From the NCBI GenBank assembly GCA_000934665.2, contig JYFJ02001619.1:1-64000 (forward strand): DNA of 64,000 bases, given 5' to 3'. Of the stretch, positions 1 through 13,549 are shown piece after piece. The notes beneath the pieces were generated by a model. That model saw only the letters and a list, made by a program, of their open reading frames with translations. It was not told where the DNA came from and searched no databases. Source of the stretch: Catajapyx aquilonaris (Eukaryota). Numbering within the stretch: position 1 is the stretch's first letter; the number at the start of each line of letters is the position of its first letter. A program made the position numbers and the translations under genes.

Positions 1-500
1 ATAAACATGTCCGTAACCCGGCAGCGCCCAGGATTACCAACACATAAACACAAAAGGACATAAACAGTCGCGACATTACTTTTGCGGTCAATAGTACCAT
101 AGTCACTGAGTAAACTTGTGAGCATGTGAGGCCTATCGACTTTCTGAGAGCCGGACGATTCGGAAAAGTTTATTATGCGGGACACCCTGCATATGAATTT
201 TTCTCCGGCATTTTACAATCAAAAGGACCACCACGAATTTAAATGATTAATTTTGGCGCAAAGTTGTCATTCATTAATATCACTCCTACATGGAATTTTG
301 AACAAAAAGAAGGAAAGAGACGGCCCAAAAACCTGCCAAAAACTTGTGAAAGGGTTAAGGGTGCGCAATTTGAAAATACAGTTCCCATCTGTGGTTCCAA
401 TGATGGCTGTGATTCAAGGTGGCGAACAGAGCTTACCCAGTGTTTATACAACAATACAGCTGGGCGACCCTATACAGTCTGTACACATACGTAGGCCCTA

Positions 501-897
501 CACTGTATTCCCGCTTATTATCCAAGCTACTGACTGCACGGGTGTTGCCAGATAATTGGGAAACACGGACAATCGGAAAATGATCCTGGAAAGGGAGCTA
601 TTCACAGGCTGTTGATTTACTACTGTACAAAGAGCATGCTGCTTGCTTGGTTAATCCAAAAAATAAAACTTACCATAGATTATTTTTTACTTTGCCTTCT
701 AGAGAAAGTATGGTATAAATTTTTTTCGTTGGTGAGACATTGATATTGATATTGGGTGGAATTTCCGTACCACTGCTAAGTTATCAGTATGCACTATCTA
801 GCAGTGGGACAAAAATTCGAGACATTTTTTCGGACGTAAATGTTTATATTATGGCGATGCACGTATTATCCGCACCCTGATAATCGGGAGTACAGTG
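501..897. mobile_element. TA-flanked MITE (Tc1/mariner-pogo-like, non-autonomous)
   Basis: TIR CACTGTATTCCCGCTTATTA versus reverse complement of the right end CACTGTACTCCCGATTATCA; TA on both sides (499-500, 898-899). Confidence 0.75.
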
Positions 898-1420
898 TAA
901 TTGGATTCTATTGTTGGTTGCCAGTTGTGCCAACTCAATGACCTTCACTGACTGTATAAATAAACAACCTGCCAGTCGGCTGTCTGGAAATCCAACAATA
1001 TAGTACGTTCCAGGCTAATAATTCGAACGCGTGATATTCGAACGCCTTCTTACGTTCGATTCTACGCATTCGACGGTAGTCAGTTTCCGACACTATATAC
1101 ACTGAAAGAAGTGCCTCGAAGACAGTGTACTGTACTTCCCATCTGTGAAAGCACCGCGCATGGGTAGGCCTACGCGCGCAGTTCCTAAGCAGCCCGATCA
1201 GCAATGGTAAATTTCGAACTTACATTATATTCTCCACCCGTCTCCGCCAGTGCCTGCGGCCACTTTTCAATAACCACCAGTGACCCGCGGCGAAGGCGGG
1301 ACAGGTATGGTAGGTGGGGAAGGGAAAAAGGTCCGGAGAGACGAAAAAAAAGCAACCTTCTCCCAAGGAGGTCAACATGCAACTGGACGTGTTCCATCCC
1401 CATTGCGCATGCTCGGAACG

Positions 1421-1535
1421 GGGGCCAATCGGAGGCGTCGTGGTAACAATGCGCCATGGATACGACGCAGCAACAATGGACGGGGGCCAATGGGAAGAGG
1501 TGGCGGCAACAATACGGGCGGCGGACCAATCAGAG
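1421..1535 (+). promoter_or_regulatory. CpG-rich segment with three CCAAT boxes interleaved with AACAAT motifs (promoter/enhancer-like)
   Basis: CCAAT at 1425, 1487 and 1526, all on the same strand; three AACAAT motifs between them; locally CpG-rich. Function is inferred only. Confidence 0.3.
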
Positions 1536-2047
1536 GGCTCGGTCGCGCTCCGCAAGCATTTTAATATTATAGATAAGAATCTTGTAGAAATGGGACGCCT
1601 CCCTCTTTCCACAAAAGTTGATTGGAAGTTTAGCATGTTACACAGTATGTTTTTTTTTCTGCACAGTTATTGCCCATGTAACGCCACGTTTCACATTGAA
1701 ACTCTGGGAGAAATTCCTTGCAATTTCTCAGTGATTTGCCATAATATTAAACGTGCTTATCAACATCTGATTGCTACTAGTTAAAAAACCTGTGCTGGAA
1801 ATATTTTTTCAATTCACGCAAACAAACGAGGCAAGATTATATCCTTTTGCTTATTTAAATTCGCAGCCATTGTTGGGGAAAGTTACATAATAAGTAACCG
1901 TCCGCAATTAAGGGCTATTTATTCCCTAAGCCGGAAAGGTCTTTTTGGGGTGCGGAGACGGACAAAGGAAGACACCAGTCTTGCCTCTCTTTTTCTCTTC
2001 TGTTTCTGTGTGTGTCTTTCTAGCCCACGTTTATACGCCGTACCTTC

Positions 2048-2129
<82 letters not shown>
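2048..2129. repeat. (AAT)n microsatellite, tail of the SINE
   Basis: About 27 perfect units; explains the poly-I and poly-N ORFs in the track. Confidence 0.98.
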
Positions 2130-2473
2130 CCGGGTAGTGCTAGACCGTATCAGGTGTGGAGCACGGACCTTTATTATATTGAAGTACAATGCAGTACAAT
2201 GCTGGAACCTTGAGCGAATCGCCCGGGCCCACGGGCAGGATTACAGGAGGGGATGTGCAAGGTGCAGTGCAATGTCTTAATGTGGCCATTTTTAGTGAAC
2301 TCCCCCGGGTGGTTTAGTCTGTTGGAAATACCACCCGAGACGAAGCCAGAGGTGACCCTGAACTTTGCACGAGATGAAGGGGGTGTTCCCGGGTTGGGAT
2401 CGAACCCGGGACCTTAACATCCGTGGGCGCATACGTTACCGCAACGCCACACCGNCACCGCCCCCCCCCCCCC
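2052..2473 (-). mobile_element. tRNA-derived SINE with (ATT)n tail
   Basis: Minus strand has A box TGGCGTTGCGG and B box GGTTCGATCCC; core GACATTGCACTGCACC at 2261-2276; microsatellite tail; 10-bp TSD ACCTTCTAAT (2042-2051, 2474-2483). An N at 2455 blurs the 5' end. Confidence 0.85.
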
Positions 2474-5400
2474 ACCTTCTAATTAGGTTCATCCACGAGG
2501 GGCGGTCGTCATATAGTGAAGGGTAACAGGAATCGACGTCGAATTTTAGGTAATTTTACGGTCGGTGCTGTGCGGTATTTTTCTTGCTTTTGAAGCGCTA
2601 CATGAGACATATATTGACCGTATTCGTCCGAAGGCATGTTTTTCGATCATAAACTTTTGTGTTTTGGAAATAGTGTCCAGGGAATTTACAAAACGCAAAA
2701 AACGCCGACCGCCTAAAAAAACACCGCGACCTTTCCACGTAACTCCCATAAACACCGTTCCGGCCGCGGGGCGCCACCTCCAGGGTGGCGACTCGCTTAC
2801 TTCGGTACTTCACCGTCGGATGTCGCTGCCTGGTCCACGTCTCTCTCTCCCTCTCCCTCTCCACTTTCACAATTTTGCCAAATTTTTTGACAATTTTGGC
2901 AAGTTGGTGCCTAGATTTAATCTTAAGACTGGAGTCCTCATTCTCTATCTCACTATCCAGCAAGTAGGTTAGTGTGCAGAATCACTTGCAATTAGATTGC
3001 TCCTCAAGTGTCTGCACTCTAAAGACGGAAAACTTCCAGAGGCGACATTTCCTGCAGTTTGTGCTCTGGCCTGGACAAGGGTACCGCAGCAATATCCCAT
3101 AGAAACGAGAGAGCGTCTTGAACCGATGCCCCCCTCCCCCTCCCCCCCCCCCCATCCGCACGGAGTGCCGGAGTATACGGCCTCCTAATTTGGTAATCCA
3201 CTCCCCATTAGGCTTGAGCGATCAAAGAAGTCGAGGGATTACCAGGCTATAAGCNCCCCCCCCCCCCCCCCCCTATGCTTTGAAATATCTGCTGAGGTCG
3301 TTTTCTACTCTGACGCCATCGCCTTTCCAGCACCACTGCTGCCCTCATCCCCCTCTACTTCTTTTCCACCCAGTCGATTTCTTCTGTCGCCAATTTGCTT
3401 GGAGATAGTTCTAAGTACTTCTCTGCTACTGGACGAGAGCAACTTTGCAGCTGAAGTAATCCTTGGCTAGCATTCGACTCCTCCTTTCAGACGGAATGAA
3501 AAATATTCCTATCCTCTTGATTCAATTAATTGCCTCCGGTTGCTTTTCACTCACGTTTGCAGGCCTTCCGTTTTCCTCTGGTACAAAATTAGCGTATAAT
3601 GGTCTAACCTGGAAGAGAGCATAAGCCTGCTTGAATCCCCTTTTCAGGCTTTGGATGCAGCCTTTCTCCTATAGTCAACTATTTGATTGCTCTCTCCTAA
3701 TTCGACAAGCACATGAACTCATGCGAGGTATGATGATCGAGCCGATCCGTGTGTTATTCTAACGTGCAGTGTAATTTTATGCTGGGAAGTTGGCTTAAAA
3801 AGTGTATGCTTCGATTACTGAAACATATCGTGTTAACTTTCATAACAGAAAGCCACATGTAAAACATGCCCTGAGGGAAGATCACAAGAATGGCTGGAAT
3901 AATTTGTCTTATACTCCACTCGGATCCACTTTTTGCAATTACAGTAGAAAACTTCTTGCAAAGGAAACCGTTTTTTTCAGGTATGTATCGTCCCAACGGC
4001 AACTATTTAGAAAGGTAGAAAAGTTTGTACTGTTATTGGTAAAAAAAAATGCACTTGAGAGATGATGTAAGCTATACCCCAACTTTACGCTTGAATCAAT
4101 GATTACACAATTTCTCTTACGAAAATCGCCCTAAGCTAAATTCCAAGGAGTTGAAACTTCTCACCTATGTACAGAGAACAAAAAAGAGTAATGAATAGAG
4201 TAGTTTGCAGTATATTTCACAATCGAATGAAACTGATGTTCTTGTTGCACTATACGATTGTAATATTATTTTCCACGCAATTCAACTCGGATCCGAATAT
4301 GGCTTGGGTTGAAAAGGTATTCAAAGTGCTGGTCCTTTCGGTAAGTAGCACACTGATAGCACACTGGATGACTCATTTCGGCCATTATCAGCTATTTCAC
4401 TGCCTTTGTATTCATGTCACATGACACCATCCCGAGTTTTATGAATGCATGCCAAGTGCAATAATGTGCATGCATACCCTCAGTATACGACGAGCCTGTA
4501 CGTCTATATGTGAAGTCCATATTTGCCCACCACCATTGAATTAGTGCCGAAATTGATGATTCTCCGGATAAGTAGTGGTTGTAACCAATACTGATGCTCA
4601 ACGAAAATTCATTTTGAACAATGAGGGCATTTTTAAAAAAAACACTTGTTTTGTGACCTGAATTGTCAGAAAGTAACTTAGACCCTTTTAGGCCTACACC
4701 TACTTGCTGATAACAGCTCCCAAGCCTCGGTACGAATTACGGATAAATAATGTGGGAGAAACGACCATATTACGAGCGCAACACCGGTAACAAAAGCTGG
4801 TAAAAAATAGGTATATAGGCACGTCGTAAAGTGCCATTTCGATTTTCCTCACTTACCACGATGCATTCACGCCATCACAGCTAGCCATAAACTGTGCGGC
4901 ACAATAAAAATTTCGCGCTTCCCCAGCACGGTCGCATTGGAGTCCACGCAATGTGACTTCCACCCACCCCCTTTTCCTTCCTTCCTTTTCCCTCACCCAC
5001 ACTCTTCATATTTCAACCCATGAGAAGCAGTCACGTTCCGGTTAGTCCGGCACGAATAGACTCACCGATTAGCATAACAATCCGGGCACATTTTATGCCT
5101 CTCTCAGGCACCAGTCCGTTAGATAATACTCAGAACGTCTCGCTCAAAACAATGGGAAAGGCTTCTAGTCAAAGACGTATTTTCTGATCCTGATGGGGAG
5201 TCCATGACTCCTATCTCCTCTCAGACTGATGATCGGAAGTCAGCTTATTGAAAGACTAAAAGCATCTCTCTGGGTGAGGTGGAGGGATTGAAGGGATGCA
5301 CCTCCAAGGATATGGTTCAGCAAGAGTTCGTATAGTATTGTTGGAATTTGGAGTTCGAATGGCAAAAAAAATATGCTGGATGGCAGGATTTGGGCATGAA

Positions 5401-8400
5401 AGAAACCATTTGTAACTTTTGATAGATCCCGAGGAAGCGAGCAGGGCCTACAAATTAACCATTATGTTCATCTCTTGTTTCATTAATCATGGGGATGGGA
5501 GGCAGGGGATGTAGGAGGTGTACTTGCTGCATCTTTGATTATATTTATCTGAAGGCTCAAACTTCTGCAGCGTTCCATTCCAGCGGTGTTCAGGTATTCT
5601 ACTCTCTAAATTATTTTTAGCTGATTTTCTGCTCAGTTTAAGTTGTTTTCACAGTACATATTTGAAGTCCTAAAACGCCAGCTCTCAGTCACTCGAAGTT
5701 GGCATAATTCTTCAAACACATTTCTACGAGATTATTCGCACTTTCACATATGCTGCCTAGTTTGTAGTCAATTAAATGTACCTGTATAGCTTTAAAATCG
5801 TAACCAGAAGCGATGGTGATGGTTCTGCAGCCAGGAAGTTGTTAGAGGAGGTCCAGAAAACAGCATGGACGTGTGATAGACAGCATGGAAGTTGCAGTTT
5901 TGTGAAGGCTACTGCTCACCATTATGGCTCCTGCACGAGTCAAAATCTGATGTGATCCTAATCATCACCCTCAATAAACTCGTTGTTCGTTCAATCGCCC
6001 GTTCTTTCCGCTTGGCCCAGCGACAACCTTCCCTCCTCCCCTTCCCTCCCCGCTTTTCCCCACCCGCCATGCCACCCGATTCGCGGCCGCTCCAGGCAGA
6101 CAGAAATCATTACACTACCGCCTGTTATATCTCCAACGGTGAAAAGTTAACTTTTCATGGATGGAAAAAATGAGATTGACTGGCTTTCCATTTATTTTGG
6201 ACGTGAGCCTTTTAAGGCTATTATCATAATGCTGCACTTGAAAGAGATCATGTTCTCGACTGATAGCTTAAAATCAGCATGGTATGACCTAAAAGGCGTT
6301 TCAATCAACACATGTCCCACATGTGTCTGTTGCACTATTATTTAATACACACGGTTCGGAAGGGTGATGGAACCAAGATTGGTTAAGAGACCCGTCTGGC
6401 TCGTTCCCATTGGCTGATGCGTGCTGAAATCCGTGTCGCACCTTTGTTTGGCTAATTCCCACTCAAAACACATTTCGGTTATATTCACCTATAGTGTAAT
6501 CATAATATAAAAAAATTCCAAGATAAGTGATGCAATATGTTTCTTAAGATTGTTTTCAAAATGCCACAACTTGCTAACCTGAGTAGTTTCAAGTAGTTGA
6601 TATTTTCTCTAGATTTTGATCACTGAGTAGTATTCAGTAACATTACTGCATCCAACCATTTCCTATGCTAGCAACAGCATAAATTAACATGGCATGGATA
6701 GCTATGTGATTAAAATACGGTGATGGAATGCATGTACACCATAATCTGGTAATATTGTAAATATTCATTAGAATAATTTATTGCCACGCAGTGAATCATA
6801 CCATTGATCACTGCCGTGAAATATTACCGTTTTCCAATAATTCAATAAATAATAGCTAGTGAATCCATTCCAAGTAGACAAAATGTACATATCATGTCGT
6901 AGTATGCAAATGCATATTTGCAGAAGTTATATCGCGCAAGTTTGTAAATTACTATCCAGTCTCTTTCTTCACATACGGTTTTTATCCCAAATGCAAAAGG
7001 CCTAATTTCAGAATGAGTTACAGAGGCTGTTCTTTCCTCATCGATCCTCGCGACCCATGCTGATTGGGTAATTGGCTTGTTATCAGATGCTCCCTATCAG
7101 ATCTGAACCAGACTTTAGGCCTGGACCGGTCTCCTTTCCTTAGGATTTAGGGAGGCATAATTGGAATAAGCAGTCTAACTTTTTTCCCATTAGCTTCTTT
7201 ATGCCGACATGAATCCTGAAAAATGAGGCATAATATTATGTTAACAAATTTTTCATAATGTCAACTTGTGGACAATATCGGGGGCTTCCAGTTGGCGGTT
7301 TGAGTTATTTACACCACAGTCTGCTCTATCGTCTGATGAAGTTCATTTACAATGAGCCAGCAATCCAGGATTTTTTGTACTCACTAGTATATAAGAAAGG
7401 ATTTGTATTGTTTCAGGATTTCGCTCGTACTCCCACGATATATCACATAGGTTTTTGTTACTGACGGTAACACGCGAAAATCTCCTGATCAGCACCTACG
7501 TCATATCTGATTAGTGGGCTAGTTCGACCTCCATTTCACATCTCCCGCTCTAGCTCTTCATCCATTTTTTAAATATATCCATGCACCTGGGAAACTAGCC
7601 AAAGCGCCATAAAATAACCGCCTCCACCGAGTCTCAACGGCCTTTCCGTAGAGCCAAAGACGTGTGGGCTAAGTGGAGTTTCCGCCCTATCGGCCGATAA
7701 CCGCTGGAGGGCGGGCGCCACCCGGACTGTCCCTGAGCTTGTCCGTCCAGAAACCGCTCGCTGAGCTGGTCCGCGCAACGAACGATTTCTGCCTCCCGAA
7801 TGTCACGATCAACTACTCTTGGGCTCCCAATACGCACAAATGCACAGCCAGTCGGGGTCCCGCACACATTTCGCGTTTCGTTTCCGTTTGGCTGGTTTAC
7901 TGGTTTGGGGCGGAAACTTCTAATATGTGCCGGGGAGATTTCGACCGGCATCGAGCTGTTCCCACGGTGCAAACAGACGAGTTAAACATGCTTTATAACT
8001 ACGGGCCGAATGGGGACGGTTACAGGTTATGGGTCTCAAAAATAGTAATGTCCACTGGCCATTAATGAACAGTTTTATTATTGTCTTCCTGAAGTGGTCT
8101 GAAAAAACAAGGGGGATAGGAATGTTAAAATTGACATATCTGAACTGCTTGCATAGTACTCGTTCGTTTCGACATGGTCTGTTGCGGTTCTAATTTGAGT
8201 GGTGCTCAGATTTTGATGCAAAGCACCACCCTGTTCCCGGCCCCATTTTCAACTTCACGCATATCGGTTTCAACGCCAAGTATGGCAACACACTCTTCTG
8301 CACCAGTATATAACCCGCGTCTGACAACCAAGTCCTTTGGGTTCAATTCTATGTACAGGGTACAGCAGCCATTGATGCCTTTTATCTCCCACGGGCAAGC

Positions 8401-8561
8401 ATATCAGGTTTCTAATTGCGATCGGCCTGCACTTAAAAATTCACTGGCCAAAGGCATTACAGGTAATACACTAGATGCACCTCCAGCGGTTCACCAGGGT
8501 GTGCGCCAATGTACACTGATTACAATGTGTATAAGTATATTAAATATATATACTGTATAAC

Positions 8562-8643
8562 GGTTGTCAGAAGAATACCGTATATACAGAAAGGTTGTCA
8601 GAAGAATACCGTATATATATACAGAAAGGTTGTCAGGAGAATA
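8562..8643 (+). repeat. ~31-bp tandem repeat, about 2.5 copies
   Basis: GGTTGTCAGAAGAATACCGTATATACAGAAA starts at 8562 and 8593, with a partial copy at 8628. Confidence 0.9.
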
Positions 8644-11600
8644 ATTATACTGGCAATGTGGTATCAAATTTTACGAGACAAACAGAAAATATTGTTGGAG
8701 TAAATTTTTGCAGGCCTCTATTGCATGTCAGGTGGAAGGGATTATTTTTAAAATTAATGTTTTAATTCCGCTTTAATTAATCCAAGGGAGGATAAGATGA
8801 ATATCAAAATTAATTAACCCGCAGTGTAATTTCCCTTAGGGTACAAATCAGGGCTACCCATATGGGCTCATATCATCATATTCGGAGAGAAAAGTTAAAC
8901 ATCTACAAAACCGTGTTACCAACGACCGAAATAATAGCCATTCACTGCAAGATTTTGTGTCAATTTTTGATATCGATATAACATTACGATATTCGTGCCG
9001 GACACTACAATGGGCATGGGCACACCAGGTGAGTGCAATTTCAGAACAAACGTTAATATAAGTGACACCAAATTTACAACAAGCTAATGAATTTAGTCAA
9101 CTGAGACAATATGAACCACCCACTTATACTGGACACAAGCGTCGTTTAATTAGTCCCCGGAAAAAAACTACAAAATCATTGAATAGCCCTCTTCCCTTGA
9201 TAAATTCTACAAACTGAGAATAACTACGCCCCAAATTCTGAAAGCTGGACCCCCCGTCCCTGTTATGTCATTCCATCCCGAATTTGTTCATTTCAACCCC
9301 CCCCCCCCCCTCCTCTTCAACCCCCTCGATTTAACCCGTCCCTCCCCGCACATTTTACCCCAACTTTCTGGGCGAGGTCTGGAGGGCAAATGGAAATGAC
9401 GGGGAATGGGCAGGTCGGTTCGTCGAGCAAGGAAACACGTGGAAATACCTACAGGGGTAAAAAAAAATCGAGGGTGTCCCGACGGTGCTGCTGAAGAGGA
9501 CTGGGGGGGGGGCAGATACACCCCCCCTCCTCTTTAGTCATGCCACAGAAAAGTCGGGGTTTATACGATCGCTACTGTTCATGACAGTGCGGTTTAAGGA
9601 TGAGGTCACACAGCACTTTCACCCCTTTTTGTATAGGGTATAGATTTTTTTTTTTTTTTTTGAAAAGGAAGCTCTTTCGGAGAGTGTTTGAAGTCGTGCC
9701 ATAGCCATATGTGTACTGAGTCGTTTTCATATTTGCGATCAAAAATAGGAGATATGACTAAACAAACTTGTTCAGATGTTCCTTGCATTTTTAGGGGGGT
9801 GTTGAATAGACTTGTGGCAAGAGCGACACAAAGATTGGAGGTTGACAAAACAAACCAAGGAGGTTGTGCGGATGCACTTTGTTCGAATCGGGAAAGTGTG
9901 CTTCAGTATTCAAGTTCTAATGCATAGCTTGATCTATGTAACCACTACAGTCGATGCAGAGTGAAAAGTAGATATTGTTATAACAAGATTGGTTCTGCTT
10001 TTTTATGCACATACGATAACTTGGGCGTGTTCGAGTGTCGGTAACATGTAAAGATGATTGTTGGTTACATTCGAATAACGCTCAACTAGTACATATGCAT
10101 TAATGTCCTGTTGCGGCTCAAATTGGCTAATACAGTTCTTGTGCCATAACAAGCACGCACACCCGCACGATTTTGAAAATAATAATGATTATGCGTCCAG
10201 TACAACCGAATCATTTCATTTTCAACTTGAGTCAACAATGTTGTTCCAGTACTTTGAACTACGCATGTAAATCTTATAATATATTTAGCCGGCTTGTTAA
10301 TGTGTTAGCATGCTTATCAGCGCTTGTGAATAGTGCATTTAACACGAAACTGTATTTCACGCACATTTTCCTGCCAGTATGCCACCTGCAACGTATCACG
10401 ACTGTACCCAAAAGCAGTTGTTTGGGTCATATATTATAGAAATGATAATCGATTCTGCTCCGGAATGGTACACCGAGGAGTGATTATTAACGCGATATGG
10501 TGCAGATAATGTCAGAGCGGACAAATGAAAATGTAGGAGACCGGATTAAGTAGGCGTCGATGGCTAATCTATAGCTGTGGGAAGCCGCAATTTAATAATC
10601 GGAAAATAATAACGGGCATTCTTGCCATACACAACCTTCTCTATCAGAAATTAAGTTCGTAACATTAGCTATGCTACAGTTATCTTTTTTCGAACTAGAA
10701 GCCATAGTTGGTTCAGTAAAGGCAAGCTTAGACTACACCTCTTGTCCCTCGCTGCAATTAGTTTCAATAAGCCAGAAGCCTAATTGATAATGAGAATATT
10801 CGTGGGATCCCCCGCAGCATTGTTTTCATTGCTCGATCGTGGCAGAGTCTGGTAGCTCAAACTTATCTGGCTTTATTTAGAAATGATCCCCAGCAGGCTG
10901 GAGGGCCTAACAAGTTTTCCTCTACCGTATACTCGGTCTACTCTGCTGCTGCACAGGCATTTTTGGGAAAAGGTATTTCAAATTATAGTCGATAGTTTGG
11001 ATCATTTCGAGCAGAGGCGGCAAGGCAATCATACTCGCGTTGCTAATAGGATGCAATGTGGTTCATCATTATTTCAGTTTGCCGTTTGACACTATATTTT
11101 AGGGGGGAAATGGTACTTACCTCACCAAAGAAAATGCACAAAACTATATAGCGTGTTGATTCAAAAATTTGATAAGTTCAGTTGCTGCATAATTCAGATA
11201 ATTCAGGTTGTAGGCATTTCCCGTGAGCTAGTTTCAGACTGCTGTTATGTTCCCACAGAGCAATGATATGTACTTTTTTACCGCAAAATAAAGCTCCCAC
11301 AGCAGTACAGTACGACACGGTTTCAGCTGCTTTGATGAAACTAATTTTAGTCAAATTTATGGGTGCTTATTACAATATGCAACAAAAATCACATTTTTTC
11401 TGTCCATGGAAATTCATTGCTATTTCCGTGTTCCTTAGTTCACTCGTAACTCATAATGACCATTCATTTCGTCTTCGATCTGTTTTTGACCTCGGGGCAG
11501 TCAAAAAACCAAAATCCTCAAATGTAGGGGTTTTTGACGCGTGCGAAAAATATGTATACCCTACTTTGTGGCGTTACCGTTCATGTGCCGCCCCAAGATG

Positions 11601-13367
11601 AATCGCCCGATGCTCGAAACCAGTAAGGGCGAAAGTCGCGTGCACCCTTCTCCCCTAGGACAGTGGGGATATGTGCAGGATCTACAGACGACTTTCGCCC
11701 TTACTTGTCTGGGCATCGGCCGATTCACCTTGGAGAGGCATAAAAGTATATAAACCCCAAGATGAAATTCACTGGATTTTTCTAACAGTAGTCTCCTAGA
11801 ATAGGACTATCCATGACCAAAATTTCAAATTATTTGCAATAACAATTTTCGAGATATATTGCCTTGAAATCCGCAATTTTCGGGATTTCCCCAATCTCGG
11901 ACCTAAAAATCAGCCAGGAGTGTGTGTGTGTGTGGGGGGGGGACAAGTCTATTCCTAGGGGCGGCGGCAAAAACCTAAATACGTCACTGCATTCAGTCCT
12001 AAATATTCATGATGAGCCAGCAAGTCCTCATTTTCTGTCATCACTAGCATGTAATGCATTGTCAAATTTTTGTCTTACTGTAAGATTATCTCGAAACTGG
12101 TTTTTTGGACTTTGTGGATTTCTATTTTATACCGCCGATATCGTATAGTATACTGCCTGAATGGTATAGGCTTAACAAACCTGTCACTTTTTTTTACAAC
12201 AGTACCATTATTTCCTGCCTTTATTTACTTTTCCTTTTACGAGACACATTACCCTGGGCATGAACAATTCCTGGGGTAGCATATCCCTTCCAATTAGAAC
12301 TTCAGCTGCAAATATATTCACTAAAAATCGAGGACCTACTACCCTAAGTAGTATAGCCGCATACACTGGTCCTTGAATCTCCCTGGAGCTTCTGATTGGC
12401 TTCTGCGCACGAAGGCCGATCTGCCACAAACTATAGGAGTGCAAATGTATTTTTTTCCGTTCAAACACCCCAATTTTCCTCATTTAATATTTGGAGTCAT
12501 TATGGAGATGTGCACATGCTGACACTTTCATACAATCCCCTTTTTGGTGGACTATTAGAAGTTACTAATTATTATTACTAATTATTTAAACTCTTAATGG
12601 CATCTACAGTATGTCACTTTGCTCAGTTCCTTCACACAATATTCTTGTAGCACACTTCAAGGTAATTTTTCACATTTAAACCATTTAATGTCGCAATGAC
12701 ACTATGCTTGTCTATATGGTATCATTAACCCATGCCTTGCCTATTCCTGTCAAATGCATTAGAATTTAATTAGCAATGATATATGTACTACGTGGTTTGA
12801 ATCTACCACCACTAACGTGTTATCAAAATCAGTGTGCATCTTACAGTACATTATACCGATGATTGCACAGTTTGCCATAAGATACAAACTTGTAAGTGGC
12901 ACTTCTAATAAATTCTCTTTTCACACTTTATAGACAAAGCAGTGCTCGAATTATTTTCCTAGTTCTAACCACCAAGTGCATACTGTAACTGATTGCTGTG
13001 CTTCAGTTCGCTTAGAAGCCTAAATTATAATGAGGCATATACCAGAAAGGGACTAGAGGGTAGGGGAGGGGGGGGGCGGGGGGTAAGATGCGCGGGTGGT
13101 GGGAGTAAATTGTGGCGATTTGCTAGAGACTGCTGAAGCTTCTCTCGCTGTGATTTCATCCACAAGCAGGACACCCAGCATCGTCGCAATCTTGTTATTC
13201 CGCATCGTTCACCGCACGTCTATCGGAAATCAGTTAGTGTCTGCCAAGTTCGTGAATGGAAAGCTGCCACTCTGCACTTGCCTCCCCTGCTCTCTCTCTC
13301 TCTCTCTTTCTCGCTCCCAGTTTTTACCATTTTTCAATCCACCTTCAACCCCATAGATGCATATGTA

Positions 13368-13549
13368 CAGTCCCCAACACTATGAGGGTACCATACCTGA
13401 ATCAAGTTTATCCTGAGGGGTAGGCAACCGGACGGTGGCGTGGCAGTTCTTCATTTCCAGGCCTGGCATGGGCTGGGGGGTGTGGATGGCCTACCCATCA
13501 GGATAAACCTGATTCAGATCTGGTACACTACCCTCATTTGCTGGTCACA
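13368..13549. mobile_element. MITE with long imperfect TIRs (family also at 20661)
   Basis: TA|CAGTCCCCAACACTATGAGGGTACC..CTGAATCAAGTTTATCCTGA at left; TCAGGATAAACCTGATTCAG..TACCCTCAT at right. Confidence 0.75.

Noticed and set aside
1945..2280. ORFs with poly-Ile and poly-Asn
   Set aside because: Translation of the (AAT)n SINE tail.
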